From contig OZ234494.1 of assembly GCA_965153455.1 (NCBI GenBank), positions 5,208,001-5,272,000 on the forward strand: 64,000 nt of DNA. The letters are read 5' to 3'. The notes beneath the pieces were generated by a model. That model searched no databases and was not told the origin of the DNA. It worked only from the letters and a program-made list of their open reading frames with translations. Shown here one piece after another: positions 23,597 to 36,232 of the stretch (its first letter is position 1; each line of letters begins with the position of its first letter). Origin of the DNA: Sphagnum compactum. Its lineage: Eukaryota. The translations under genes were made by a program, and so were the position numbers.

Positions 23597-26500
23597 TTAG
23601 CGTCTTTGGAAGTTGAAGGATCTGATGGCAGTGGCAAAGATAACACCAAACAAAATAACAAGGCCGACATGCCAAATAGCCACATAAGGTAAAAAGCTAT
23701 AGTGGTAGCCAAAGTGTTGTCGGAGATACTCACGAACCGGAAGTTCAGAACCATTTACGTCCACGTCGGTTGTCACCTGACCGAGCTGTGATGTGATTAA
23801 ACCATAGAGAGTCCACGCCGTGGGACAAATCCAATAGAACCAAATCCAATAAACTGGCAATGCCTGTACAAATGTTGTGATCCGATCGTCAATTAGGACT
23901 TTCATTTGTGGTTGGTTTTTCACTTACTTAGGATTTTTGCCTTTGTGTTCCTTCTCCCATCCTCCCATCTTCCATTTTATATCCCACAAATTTATTATTG
24001 CAACATGACTAAAGTAAAAAATATATATTAAAAAATTAATTTATATATATGTATATATATTGGTGCTAGGGTCTTTTTTTTCTAAAAAAATTATAGTAAT
24101 TTTTTTTTCGTTTGGGCATGAAAGTAAAGTTCGTAGAGCACAATAATCTATGAAGGATTTTTGGGGGAACAAGGAGCTAAGCGCACCCATACATACCGGA
24201 CGAGGGATCAAAAATCCGGAGAAAAGATTCCATAGACCATAAATTGCAGTTGATATAATTGCGGCAAACTGACTATTGGGAGTAATCGCGACCGTCACCA
24301 TGCCCCAATATGTGAAATACAGGAGAGTGAAATAAAAGAAGAAGATGAAGAAGAAGAATTTGGCGGGTGTCCAATCGAATTGGATCATCGCATACACTAT
24401 CGTTCCGTATATAAGTGATTGTACTAGGACATATGGCCACTCCACCGTAACCTGCAAAAGCAAAGAGATTAAAAAAGGGGGCAAAAGAAAACAAAACACA
24501 TGGTTTAGTGAACAAATTGTGAAAGAATTAATTTTAGGGGGGATTAATGCGGAACCGATAGTATGGATATAGTTAATTTGATTATTGCCCGTAAGGAGAC
24601 AAAAAGGGTCTATGTGGGTAGTCCGAAAAACAAATTCTTGGGTAAATGAAGAAGGGAAATACGGAATTATATAATTAGTAGCTAAAATAAATAAAGAGAT
24701 CAAAAGGGAACGAATTATTACAGTTTGTTTTTTATTACCTGGGCAAATGAATAAGGGAAAGATGAATACATTCCGGCTGCACGCTCTCGGTAAAATACAG
24801 TACGCTCCACGGCCACTACCGGCTGAACAGATGATGAATTGTTTACACCAACAAACACCACCGATGCATACATGGCCCCCATTAAATTGAACAAATCTTG
24901 TTGTTGTGAGCTGTTCCCACACCCCCCCCCCCCACCAAACGAGAATGCAATAATTGGTTGTGAGCCATTTGCTAATATGAGCAAAATACAAATATTTCTT
25001 CTTATTCTCTTTGGAGATTATTTTTGTAGTGGTGATTTCTGAACAATTTTTCCAAATTTTATTTGGTGTGAGTAGTAGCAATTCACCAAAAAACATTTTT
25101 GGTGGAATTTAGGGTCTTTTGTTTTCTCCTTAGAGAAATTCCTTAGAGATTGTGTTGTAAGTTAAAGAGGGGTGGAAATAAATTAATTAAATTTAAAATT
25201 ATTTAAACGAATTAAATAATTAATTAAAATTTTTATTAAAAAAACCCCTAGAATGAGATGTGGGTGTGTAGTGTTATTTTTACCTATTATGGCCAAGACC
25301 CCAGAAAATGCTTCCAAACAGAACGGCACAAGCGGTGGTGAAGAGAAGACGGACAACATTGTAGAGAGGGTTACGCCAATAAGAGCAATGTTGTTTCCAT
25401 GAGCACGCCATGCATTGCTGCCAAAAGGGTTGTGAATACTTTGTTGGAAAGGAAAGATCTGTCGCTCCTGCTGCAGGTTGACTCAATTCCCTCACCAAAG
25501 CTTCATTCCGTCTGCACCCCAAAAGGAATAATTGAAGGAAACAAACAAACAAACAAACACCCCCCAACAAAGAAAGTTAGTGCTTCATTCAAGTAGCCAC
25601 CTTACTAACACTTTCTTTCAAGAAGCAAAACAACAATACTAGCTAGTATGGCCATCATAGAGCAAATTTGAATCATATTTAGAGGCCACTCTCTATGTGT
25701 GAATATCCCTCCTACAAAAGCGGCGGGGGATCTTATCATGTGTATAATAGTCCTTGAGAATGGCAAAAGGGATGTTACTCCTACTTACAGACACAAGATC
25801 CCTCCCACTCCCATGGGGTACCTGCCGGATACCCGCCGGGTATCTCAGGAAATGGTGTTTTGAAAGGAAAATCACCAATTTTTATATGGCCGAGAGTAAT
25901 ACACTCGGTGGGTGGCCCGACACATAATTATTTGCTGATTAATTTATTTTTGTAGGAGGCAGACAAGATTATGTAAATTGGCTGCACTTACTGGTACAAA
26001 GATGAATTGGCATAAATTTCGGCAAAATCAACCCCGAGGCTTGATTCTGATCTATGGGAGGTAATATCGAGCATCCATGTTGACGGGTTTAGTCCCACTC
26101 GGATCTTTGGAACGCCTTTCACTGCCTCAAAGTACTCAATTAACTTGCGCGAGTGATGACCAAGTGGACCGGCGTAGACAACTTGGCCTCCTCGCTTCAG
26201 CAATAAGAGCTGCATTGACACACCCCCCCCCCCCCCCCCAACCAACCAACCAAAAAAAAAAGAAACCCAACCAATAAATAAATAAATAGTATTTTTTGGT
26301 TTTTATTTTAAAGGTGCAATTAATTATTATTGTCTTTTTGATCTTTGATTATAAATTGGGATTCCGACTATGTCCTCCTCCTAATTTCTCTTACCTCATC
26401 GAAAGCCTCAAAGATGTCGATACTGGGTTGATGAATGGTGCAAACTACGGTCCGGCCGGTATCAACTGTGTTTCGAACAGTTCTCATCACAATGGCAGCA

Positions 26501-29500
26501 GCTCGAGCATCCAGTCCCGAAGTAGGCTCATCCATGAATATTATGGACGGATTCGCAACTAACTCGACCGCAATTGTGAGTCGCTTCCTTTGCTCTGTGG
26601 AAAGACCCGTTATCCCGGGGAGCCCAACTATGGCTTGTCGCAATGAACTCAGCTCAACTAATTCCATCACCTCCTCCACAAATGCCTGCAATTATGTGAA
26701 AACCAGCCACTCAATTTGACCTATTCAAAGGATTTTCCGTGGAAATAATTGGCCCAAATTCACCACATTTTGAAGATTTTTTTTTTTTCAGATTTTTATG
26801 ATAAGTTCTAGTAAGTAGCCAAGAATATAGAAATATTTTTAAAATATTATTATTATTATTTTTTTTTTATTTTTCCCTACTTTCATATCTGGGGTTTCTA
26901 GCCAGAGTGTTGCTTACCTTGCGAACCTTCACATTGACATCTTTAGCAAGGCGCAGCCATGCAGAGTAAAGGAGTGATTCATATACGGTTACATTGGGTG
27001 AATGTATGTCGACTTGTTCACAGTAGCCAGAGATCCTGGCAAACGTTTCCTGTCTTTTCGGGAATCCAGAAATGAAAATCGAGCCTTCAACATAACCTCC
27101 AGTTTTGCGTCCTGCAAGCACATCCATTAGGGTTGTCTTCCCAGCTCCACTCACACCAACTAATGCGGTTAAAACCCCAGGTCGGAATACCCCAGTTATA
27201 TTCCGAAGCAGATTCAGCTTGTCTTCGGTGACTCCATGGACTTTCATCTCCTGCAACAACAGAAGCAAAAAAAAAACACTCAAATTAGTACATGCTCATT
27301 AGAAGAAGCTCACCGGTTGCCACCTCCAAAAGTCTTAAGTCATTTTTATTTTTGCTTGTTAGCGTGAGTGAGGTTTTGCTTACAGCAGGCATGTCAATTG
27401 AGTAGTGGATATGGTGGAATGCAATCCCCAGGGGCTGAAATGGTAAAACCATTCCCCTCTTGGCTTCAACTCCATTAGCTGCTGCTACAGCATCAAACCT
27501 ATCTGAATTTGCGCCCCCTGATGAAATGCTTGATCGCCTCTGTTCCGAGTTTGTGAGTCCAGACGCTCCTGGAAAAACCCAACTCAAAATTTAATTAATA
27601 ATAAACCCAACAATCCAGAAATACATCTTTGGTCAGTATCAAAACACAATAATTTAACAAGGGGTGTGTCACAATGTGGCCTTTTGCCATTTTTACATTA
27701 AAAAGTATCTTAAGGCAAAAGAAGAATCATGGAAACTCAAGTATTTCACCATGCAAAAATTATAATCTTCAAAAAATCCTCTAAAAGAAACTAAAATCTT
27801 TCAAGCTATTATTATAACTCTATAATAACTAATCTCAAGTTTCAACACAAGCCAAAATATCATCTTTCAAAACTCCTCATATAAAAATACACCTATTATT
27901 GTTACCTAGTAGGGGCCAAAATCCATTAAGCTACTATACTCTATAATGACTCTAAACACAATATCCTTCAATTGGTAGGCAAGGCCAAACAAAAAAGAGA
28001 GGAAAGACAAGTGGGACACATACTGTTAAATTCATTCAATTGGCGTCTATGTTCATTGCTTTCCATAGACCCATTTTGTGATTTTTCGCCCGCTCCTCTC
28101 AGATTTGCATTTTTCTCCTCCAGAACTTCTGCAGACATCACTGCGTTGGGCTTGCCAAGTGCTGCCAAGGCCACCATAATGTCACACAAAATTAGTTTCA
28201 CTCTAAGTATCTGTGACACCGTGTTTTTCTCTGTCAATTTCGTGATGTCGCCAAAGTGACAACCATTCATAGGAAGATTTAGACAAATTTGGTTCCATAG
28301 TAGTAACCTCTGCAGCTTCGACACATCTTTGTCAAATCATTAATTAATTTTGAAATTTCCATTTTGACAAATAGAGTATTCTTGAAGATTCAATATTTTC
28401 CTTCACAAGTTTCTGTTATTTGGAAGAAATAAAAACATTGAAAATTTCAACATTTCTGAAAATAATTTATTTAGTGTTGAAGCTGTCAAGCTAGTAGGGT
28501 ATACACAAGACATGAAAGTGAAAAAATGTAAGCCTTCCATCTATAATTTTGGCTATCTACTAGAACCAAATATAGAAATCTTGCATTTTTTATTAACTTT
28601 TTTTTTGTTTAATTTCAAATTCTGGTGATTCGAAACCCAAAAATATCACTTCATTTTTGCATTTTTAGTTTCTATGTTCTCTTCTTGGTGAAATTTTGCC
28701 ATTAAGAAAAAAGGCTAATCTGTGACATGATAAGCATTTGCAACCTTTTTGTGTTCAGAACCAGTACTACAATAAGTGTATAAAAGTTTTCAAAATTTAA
28801 GGGAAGAGTGAAAGTAGAAGTGTTAACTTACGGTCTAGGACTTTGAGGAAGAAGCAAAATAGCAAATTGAAGAGAATGGAGTACCCGAACAAGGTTCCCA
28901 CCCCAATCCAATACCAGTAGCTTTTTTCGAATAATCCGCGGCTTGACAATACCTCTTTTCCCAATCCTCCCTGGATGACAAACTCTGAATTAATACTACT
29001 AACCAACAGAGTTTGTCTGCAATACAGGACCAACACTCTACCAAGGAATCATCCAAGTTTCAAGGGCATGAAAAACAATAAAGAAAACCACTGGAGAGTT
29101 TCTCTTTGTATTTTTTTGTCAGCTTCTCAGCCATAACCTTGCATGGGATCTTATGACCCACGTAACAGATCTCAAATTAGGCCAGCCTTGGGCACAGATC
29201 TCAAATCACTGAAGGGCCTTGTCCTCAGGCCCTTCTCCTATATGTAAGATCCAACTGACCAGTCAAGAGGACCTTACGGATTTTGTAAGCATCCTGATTT
29301 CAAAAATTTCTTAAAAATCTTGCTGAGTTTCTTTACACAGATGAAGGGTCTGCTTTTAGACCCTTCCTGGAATTTTGGCCCCTCCACTCAGCCAATCAGG
29401 TGGTGAAATGTCAGATCATTACCTTGTCCCAGCGTGGAGCAAGAAACTCATTGACAGAGATCGCATTTTGGGCATATGAAAGGGGTGATATCCAATATCC

Positions 29501-32500
29501 CCATATCCACCAGGGATGGATGTTTTCTGCAAGTGTACAATCATCAGCGGAAGATTATGTCAAATAATGTGGTAAAGAAGATGACATAATGTGCTACCCC
29601 AGACCTTAACTTTGTGTGATAATTTTTTTTTGGCAGAGAAGAAAGCCCAAAACCAGCATCAGTTAACAAAACAAAACAGAGGGCCATTCATCACTCAAAG
29701 GAAAATTAAAGTTTGAGTCAAAAGTAGTGGCTGTGTATGGTACTTCTAGAAACAATGAAGCCTCCGAGTGTAAATACAAGTATGATTCCAAATGATCCAC
29801 CAGTTTGAGCCACGATTAGCATCCGAGAGATGGCCGCAATCATTCGAAATAGCCCTAGTGCCATCTGATGCATTACCAACAGAAGCAGCCATGCCCGGAA
29901 AAATCTGCACTAGTCTCATCACAGTACACAGATATACTTCAGGACTTGTACCAGACGCAACTCCTGTATCAGAACTTACCAGGCTTTTACAAATTGAAAG
30001 ACATGCAATTTGTCACTTAGGGGAGATTCCGCCATTCACCCAAAGATTCTTAGGGTCAAATGAGGAGACATTTCACCCTTCACTCCTAGGGTCAAATGAA
30101 TATAAAACATTGTGATTTCTAGCAAATAGTCTACAAAGTTTCTGATTATGTGGCAGAATCTCTCTCTCAAGAGTGCCAATTACATCAGCAGATAATGACA
30201 ATTGGTCAGACCCATCTCATGGCCACCTGCCTGCCGTGAACTGTGTCCTTGCCATGGCCATTATCCTAACACATAATGTGGTGATAAACATTCTACTTGA
30301 TTCACATAAACCCAGCCACCAACGGGGTTTTGGATTTCGTACCTGGTAGCTTCAGGTGCAAAACCAATTGTGTAATATGTGAGTACAGTCCAAAGGAGGG
30401 ACTCATAAATTGATATTGGAAGTCGCAAGAGATAGACGGGGAGCGCAAAAGCCCAAGCTGGATAGAAGAAGAGGTCACGCTGTTTGTAGTAGACAGGAAG
30501 ACGAGCTATGATCAACGCCATTTCCATGAACCCACCAAACATAACATTGATGAGACCAAAAAATAGCGCTCCCAAATATAGGCCACCATTGGAGACAGAA
30601 TCCGGATGGAGTGATGTGCGCAGAAACACTGTCATGGTGATTAGTGATACCACAGATAGCTGCCAAAAAACACATCCCAAATTATGGCCATAATAATCAC
30701 TCCTCCCACAATGAACATTTAGCACAATTGGACATAAACAAAAATGGGTCGTGTCAGAAAATTCAATTTTTGTTTGGGGGGTGTCTAATATCAGCAGATA
30801 AACATCAAGATAAATTATTGGGCTCAAAGAAAATTGTGAGTTTTGTTTGTGGAATTTAGCAAACCTGTATTGTTCTGAAAATGTAAATAAAGCGGTTGCG
30901 CTTCATCAGGAGTTTCTCTCTTGCAAAGCAGGCTAGGAAGAGCTCCCAGTTGCTGATAGCATATCTTTCTGTAACAAGAGCTGCAGGATGACTTTTTTCC
31001 TTCACAAATGGAACATTTAGCTCCTGATTGAGTCGCTCTCCAACATGGAACTGTTTAAAACCTTCTGCAAAAGCATTTACTGAGACATACTGGTATGGCG
31101 CGGTTTTGTCATGCCAGTACTGCTGTTGATCTTTCCTTGATGTTACCTGCCAACAACAAAGATGAGTTTTAACACAACACCAAATAAGGCTGGCTAATTG
31201 ATACAAATGGACACCACTTTCGGAGATACCCAAACAATGGTATAGATGTAGATGGTGGTTGCTGGGCATAGTGAACAATCACAATTCTATATTGAGTCAT
31301 TGATGAGCCTGCAATGTCACTCACAAAAGTTTGCTCAACAAAAAGAACTGATCTTCACCCACCTCCTGTAAGAAATCAGCAACTCCTTTCCGCTCAGGGC
31401 ACTTGAAGCCCATTGAGTGGAAGAAATCGAGCACCAAGTCCCTTGGACCTTGGTAGACAATCTGGCCTTCTGACAGCAAGATGAGTTCATCAAAGAGCTC
31501 AAAAGTTTCAGGTGCTGGCTGCAAAAGAGAGACAATCATTGTGCTGTCCAGAACACGCACTGACTGCCTCAAACACTTGACTATCTGATATGTTGTGGAG
31601 CTGTCTAAACCAGTTGAAATCTCATCCATGAACAGAGCTTTTGCAGGCCCGACGATCATTTCACCTGAGTTGGAGAAAACAAAAAAAGAAAACATAACAA
31701 GAGTGGTTAAAAATTCAAGGTAATGCATTTTCCTCAGCTGTTTTCTATTCTTGAAAAAATAGATTGCAAGTAAGTTGATGAAAAAACTTTATAATAAGAA
31801 ATATATATTTATGAAGATTTATGTACCTATGTATGTATGGGATGCACATAAGAATGGTTTTTCAATGGACAGTTTAATGAGATTCCTGCACTTGATGAAG
31901 TAAAATGGGCCTGAAACCCACCAGTATTTACACGCTTTTTCTGACCCCCTGAAATGCCACGCCTCATTTCATCTCCAACGAGTGTGTCTGCGCAGATTTC
32001 CAGATCTAAAATCTACAGTTCATCCAAATGCAACCTTTAGTAAATTGTCTTCTAGTACCCATTTACTTTGAGTCCAGATTTTCTGGGAAAAACAAGCTAT
32101 GTTGTAACCCAACAAGTTTTTCCTTCTCATTTGTCCATGAAGCCACTCAAACAGCTTCTTTCAAAAACAAAAAGCAACCCAAAACTTGAGAAACTAGAAA
32201 GAGTTGTCAAACCTTGAGTATGTAGTCTGTCACGAGGCTTGTCTCTTGGCCTTGCACCGCAGTGGCCTACAAAAATTTTAAAGCGAGGTTTATGAGTTGG
32301 ATACAGAAGATGTTCGATAGGACATACATGCCCCAGTTATATTGCATATTAAGCTGCCTGTATCTCATTCTGCTTGTTCATGAAAAGTGATCCATAGGTA
32401 TCCGTTCTGCTTGAAAATTGATCCATATCCACCTGCTGAGCAAGTAAGGGATGCAAAGGATGCTGGTTGTGTCTGGTAACTAGCTTGAGGCCGCTGGTTA

Positions 32501-35500
32501 CCAGAAATAGCCTTGGTGCTCCTGTGTCACCTGGCTATTTTTGGTAACCAGTGGCCTCTCGCTGGTTACCAAGTCCTCAGACATTCTCAAAATTAATAGC
32601 AAGGAGAGGTAGGTATCAGTAGTGCACAGAGCTTCACCTTCATGAACATGTCAATGTCTGAGTCAGGGAAAATCCCTGCCTCCTTCTCCCTTCTTGCAAG
32701 CTCTTTCAGCATGTCTGAGAAAGCCAAGCCAAAGGTAATAAAAAGGCACAGGTGTATGAGTTGAAATCCCTCCTCACCTCAGGTGTTCACCATCACAGAA
32801 CATGCAAACATTTCCATAACTGGTTTCTATGTCCTATTCAGGCACTTTTACAGGTGTTTTCCTAAGTGGGACAGACAACCATTTACTTGACCATCAATTC
32901 AAATTTCAAGTGCCTTTATTAATTGTCGATTTGCAGCAAAACTGAGATTGACACTCACCAGATCTAGTACCAACACCTTGGCAACGACCTGAGAAATCAA
33001 GTGTTTCTCTTACGGTCAGTTCTCCCAGCTGCAAGTCTTGCTGACTGATATATGCAGCAGTTCTTTGTGGCACAAACTCATGCATATCGTGGCCATTGTA
33101 TGTGACCTTCCCTGAAACCTTCAAGTATCAAGGATAATCCCATCCACCACAAATTCTCACAACTTTCAATGCAAAACAATAATGAGCTCAAACTTCAATG
33201 ATACAAGCTTAATAATACTATGATTTCACCTATAAACGGTGCACAGGCTGTAAGCACAATTTGCATTGCAGCTCCCATCCCTATCAAGCAAATGGAATGC
33301 ACAATGCACCCACCCACCTTAGTAAGGACATCTTTCTATTAGGTTGTTGTGATCACAATAACTTTCTATTATGTTTTTTCAACTAGCTGTGCTCACAGTC
33401 ATCTCACAGCTCTACCGGTCAAGCACTGACCAATTGAAGGAGCTGTGAGAGCTATGAGTCAAATTGTGACTCACCATATAATGACATTTGTCCTTTTTTT
33501 CATGAGAACATGGGCTCCCAGAGTTCCTAACATGGTTAATTACATATTTTCAATGCACTTGAAACTCTCCAATGGAAAGTGACTGTCCATGTAGCAAGAA
33601 ACAAGTCCCTATGACAGTGGCTTCCAAGTTCCCATTAGGCTGCTGTGATCACAGCACACTGTGTGTGGCCTGTGATCATAGAAAGAGACCCTAACTCTTC
33701 AAGATATCATCAAATCTGTTGAGCTCCAGCAACTGAGGAAGGGGAGATATTAACTGACCTTCAGAGATTTATCTAGTTTCCCTGCCAAAGCTAACAATAA
33801 GGTAGTTTTTCCTGCACCTGGTGGTCCCAAAAGCAATGTCATCCTGCCAAAGAACAAGTACATATTATTATATGTTGTGACAAGAGTAAGAGAGTTGCTC
33901 TCTGCTGCCAATATGTCTCAAAGTAACCTCTTGAAACCCATTCTCTTGTGTACTATTCCACTTCAATTAGCACACATAACCTTGAAAGGATCATATATGT
34001 ACTAATATGGAATGGTCAAGGAAACCCCTGCCCATTACATTGGGTAAGGTGGCAATTAGGGCATTAGGGCAAGTTAGGCAAACCAGCCAACATAATGGGC
34101 AAGGATGAAGCAATTCCATGGCATTAAAAATTCTGGGGTGGCAGACTCAACAATTAAAAAATAAATAAAATCAAGTTTAACAGACACATTTTGGTCACTA
34201 TTATTAGGAGTGTATCATTGCCAGAAGATTAGGTCATATAATGTGGTCAAGAAATTGATATAATCTGCCACCACAGACCTTAATGTCTGTGTTTCAAGAG
34301 AAGTAACTAACAGCTCAGGCAAGTTTTCTTCTCTTTCAGAAAAATGAGAAACTTAGAAATGCTTCAAATTTCCTGAGAATTGGAAGGGCTTCACGAGACC
34401 TAGAGCAGAATCATTAAGGTCTGCCCAGGGTGGCAGATTAAACCATTTTCTTAACACATCAAATGGCATAATCTTCCAATGATGCATTATCATACACGCA
34501 TGTAATAGTAATCAGAATGTGTCTGTAGAACATTTTTTTTTTTTCTAAATAGTTGAATCTGCCACCCCAGAGCTTAATGTCATGGAATGGACTTGCCTTT
34601 GCCCATTGTGTTGGGTAAGGCACCAGGTGAGCCTTTGCCAAGTAGCCTGGGCAGCCTGGGCTTGACCACTCCATAGTATATGATGGCAACCTTAAGAAGA
34701 AACTCAAATGGAGAGTTCAAAGTCCCTCTTGTCATCCTTGGTTATGTAAAGAAGATGAAATTATACATGTTGTGATTTTTAAGGCATGAAGAGCAAACCT
34801 TCCAGGTTTGATAATCCCACTGACATCGTGAAGAATGTTGAAAGTTGTCTTCTGTGCGCGGGATAGGATAGTCTGCAGCAGCACAGAAAATGAATGTTAA
34901 TTCTTGAATGTTCCTGGTAATGACATAATCCTGTGGGAAATTTAGCATCAAGATGATTATACATAGTGCTTTGTGCAACATTCCAATTTGAGAACATTCT
35001 GAGCAAAACTGTGTAACCCTAGGACTTGTGTGCAGCTGACATATGACAATTTTGACAGAAGTTTTTGACATGAGAAAAAAAATTTGGGTGACAATTTCAG
35101 AAGCAGAGACTGTAAAGTACCTCAAACAATGTCAACAAAAAATTGGGAAGGCTTGGCAACGCTCTGCCACCGACATGTACATCAGCAGTGAGATCCAAGT
35201 GCTCAAACCGAACCTCGATTTTTGGAAGCTCGATCCCAACCCTGAAATTTCAAAAAACCAGTTCACTATGTAGCCCATTAAATTCTGTAAACTCCAAGAA
35301 AAACAAAACTCTTGTCAAGGACATACCATCCCAAAGGAGCTTCACTGCTTTGAGTTCCATCAAACCAAGAAGCTTCAATGCTCTGAGTTTGAAAGAAACC
35401 ATCTGAAATAGGAAATTAAGGCTCTCTGTTATGAACATAAAAGCTCTTGAAACCAAGTTCTTAATGAAGCTGTTATTTGCTAATAGTTCTATAGTCTGAG

Positions 35501-36232
35501 CTTGCTGTAAGCACCTGCGTCAAGGAGGAGATGATGGTAACAATCTGAAATCCTAATCCTCCAGAGTCTGATGAGCTTCTTGCAAGCACCATCAAGGAGA
35601 TTCCTGGATGGTAACAATGAAATCAGCCTAATCCTACAGACTCTGATGAGCTTCTTCTTGCAAGCACCATCTCAAGGAGATTCAGATGGTAACTGCAATG
35701 AAATCAGGCTAATCCAATAGAATCTGATAAGCTTCTTGCAAGCAGGAGATGATGGCAACAAAGAAATCCTCATCCTACAACAGAGTCTGATGAGCTCCTT
35801 CTTGCAAGCACCATAAAGGAGAGTGAGATGGTAACAATTGTGAAATCCTAGTCTGAGCGCGCGCACACTTCTACTGCACCTGTCAATTCGCTCCCGGAAC
35901 TTGAGAAGGAAGCGCTCATTATCGTCCTCCGTGACTTTGAAGATCTTGGCCATGAGCTTCTTGCGATCTTCCAGGCTGAGCTGTGTGGCATCCACCTCTT
36001 GCGTCAGGACGTTCCCATTCTCTTCCACGCTCTTGAAGATGGACCTCCGAATGCGGTCATAAGTTGGCAGCTTCTGCAAGGCCGCCCATTTCAGCGCCTC
36101 CTCATCGTCTGCCTCCCGCTTCTTCGTCGAGCTGCGCGAGAACACGTTATCTTCCGGCCCTCCTAATCCCGTATTCAAACCCGACGACCTTCGCGTATCC
36201 CCCACCCATGATATATCATCACTCATCTCCAT
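23597..36232 (-). CDS. ABCG: Full-size ABCG/PDR transporter, tandem copy B (23 exons, ~1468 aa)
   Basis: Exons: 36232-35880, 35241-35121, 34872-34799, 33843-33759, 33118-32959, 32714-32638, 32266-32213, 32012-31922, 31664-31363, 31146-30865, 30659-30343, 29904-29744, 29526-29423, 28970-28832, 28161-28024, 27568-27384, 27250-26918, 26685-26395, 26209-25992, 25511-25284, 24910-24739, 24451-24197, 23863-23597. Total 4407 nt, in frame, same intron positions as copy A. The first in-frame ATG is at 36232 (MEMSDD...). Confidence 0.95.
32474..32571. repeat. ~40-bp-arm hairpin in intron 6 of copy B
   Basis: TGGTAACTAGCTTGAGGCCGCTGGTTACCAGAAATAGCC pairs with GGCTATTTTTGGTAACCAGTGGCCTCTCGCTGGTTACCA with about 5 mismatches. 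Confidence 0.75.
33326..33691. mobile_element. Possible Tourist/PIF-Harbinger-like MITE in intron 4 of copy B
   Basis: Ends GGACATCTTTCTAT / ATAGAAAGAGACCC (imperfect TIR) flanked by TAA on both sides, with internal GTGATCAC repeats. Confidence 0.45.
33990..34688. mobile_element. Foldback element with ~280-bp imperfect inverted arms (MULE-like) in intron 3 of copy B
   Basis: Left arm TATGGAATGGTCAAG...CTGGGGTGGCAGACTCAAC...TAATCTGCCACCACAGACCTTAATG mirrors right arm CATTAAGGTCTG...GTTGAATCTGCCACCCCAG...CTTGACCACTCCATA. TSD not resolved. Confidence 0.7.
35495..35857. repeat. Intronic minisatellite, five ~65-80-bp units
   Basis: Unit core CTGATGAGCTTCTTGCAAGCACCATCAAGGAG...GATGGTAACAATGAAATC...AATCCT recurs at ~35495, 35569, 35643, 35724 and 35788. 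Confidence 0.85.

Noticed and set aside
24041..25096. 351-aa ORF in the ORF track
   Set aside because: It is exon 22 of copy B read through flanking introns and an off-frame exon 21, not a separate gene.
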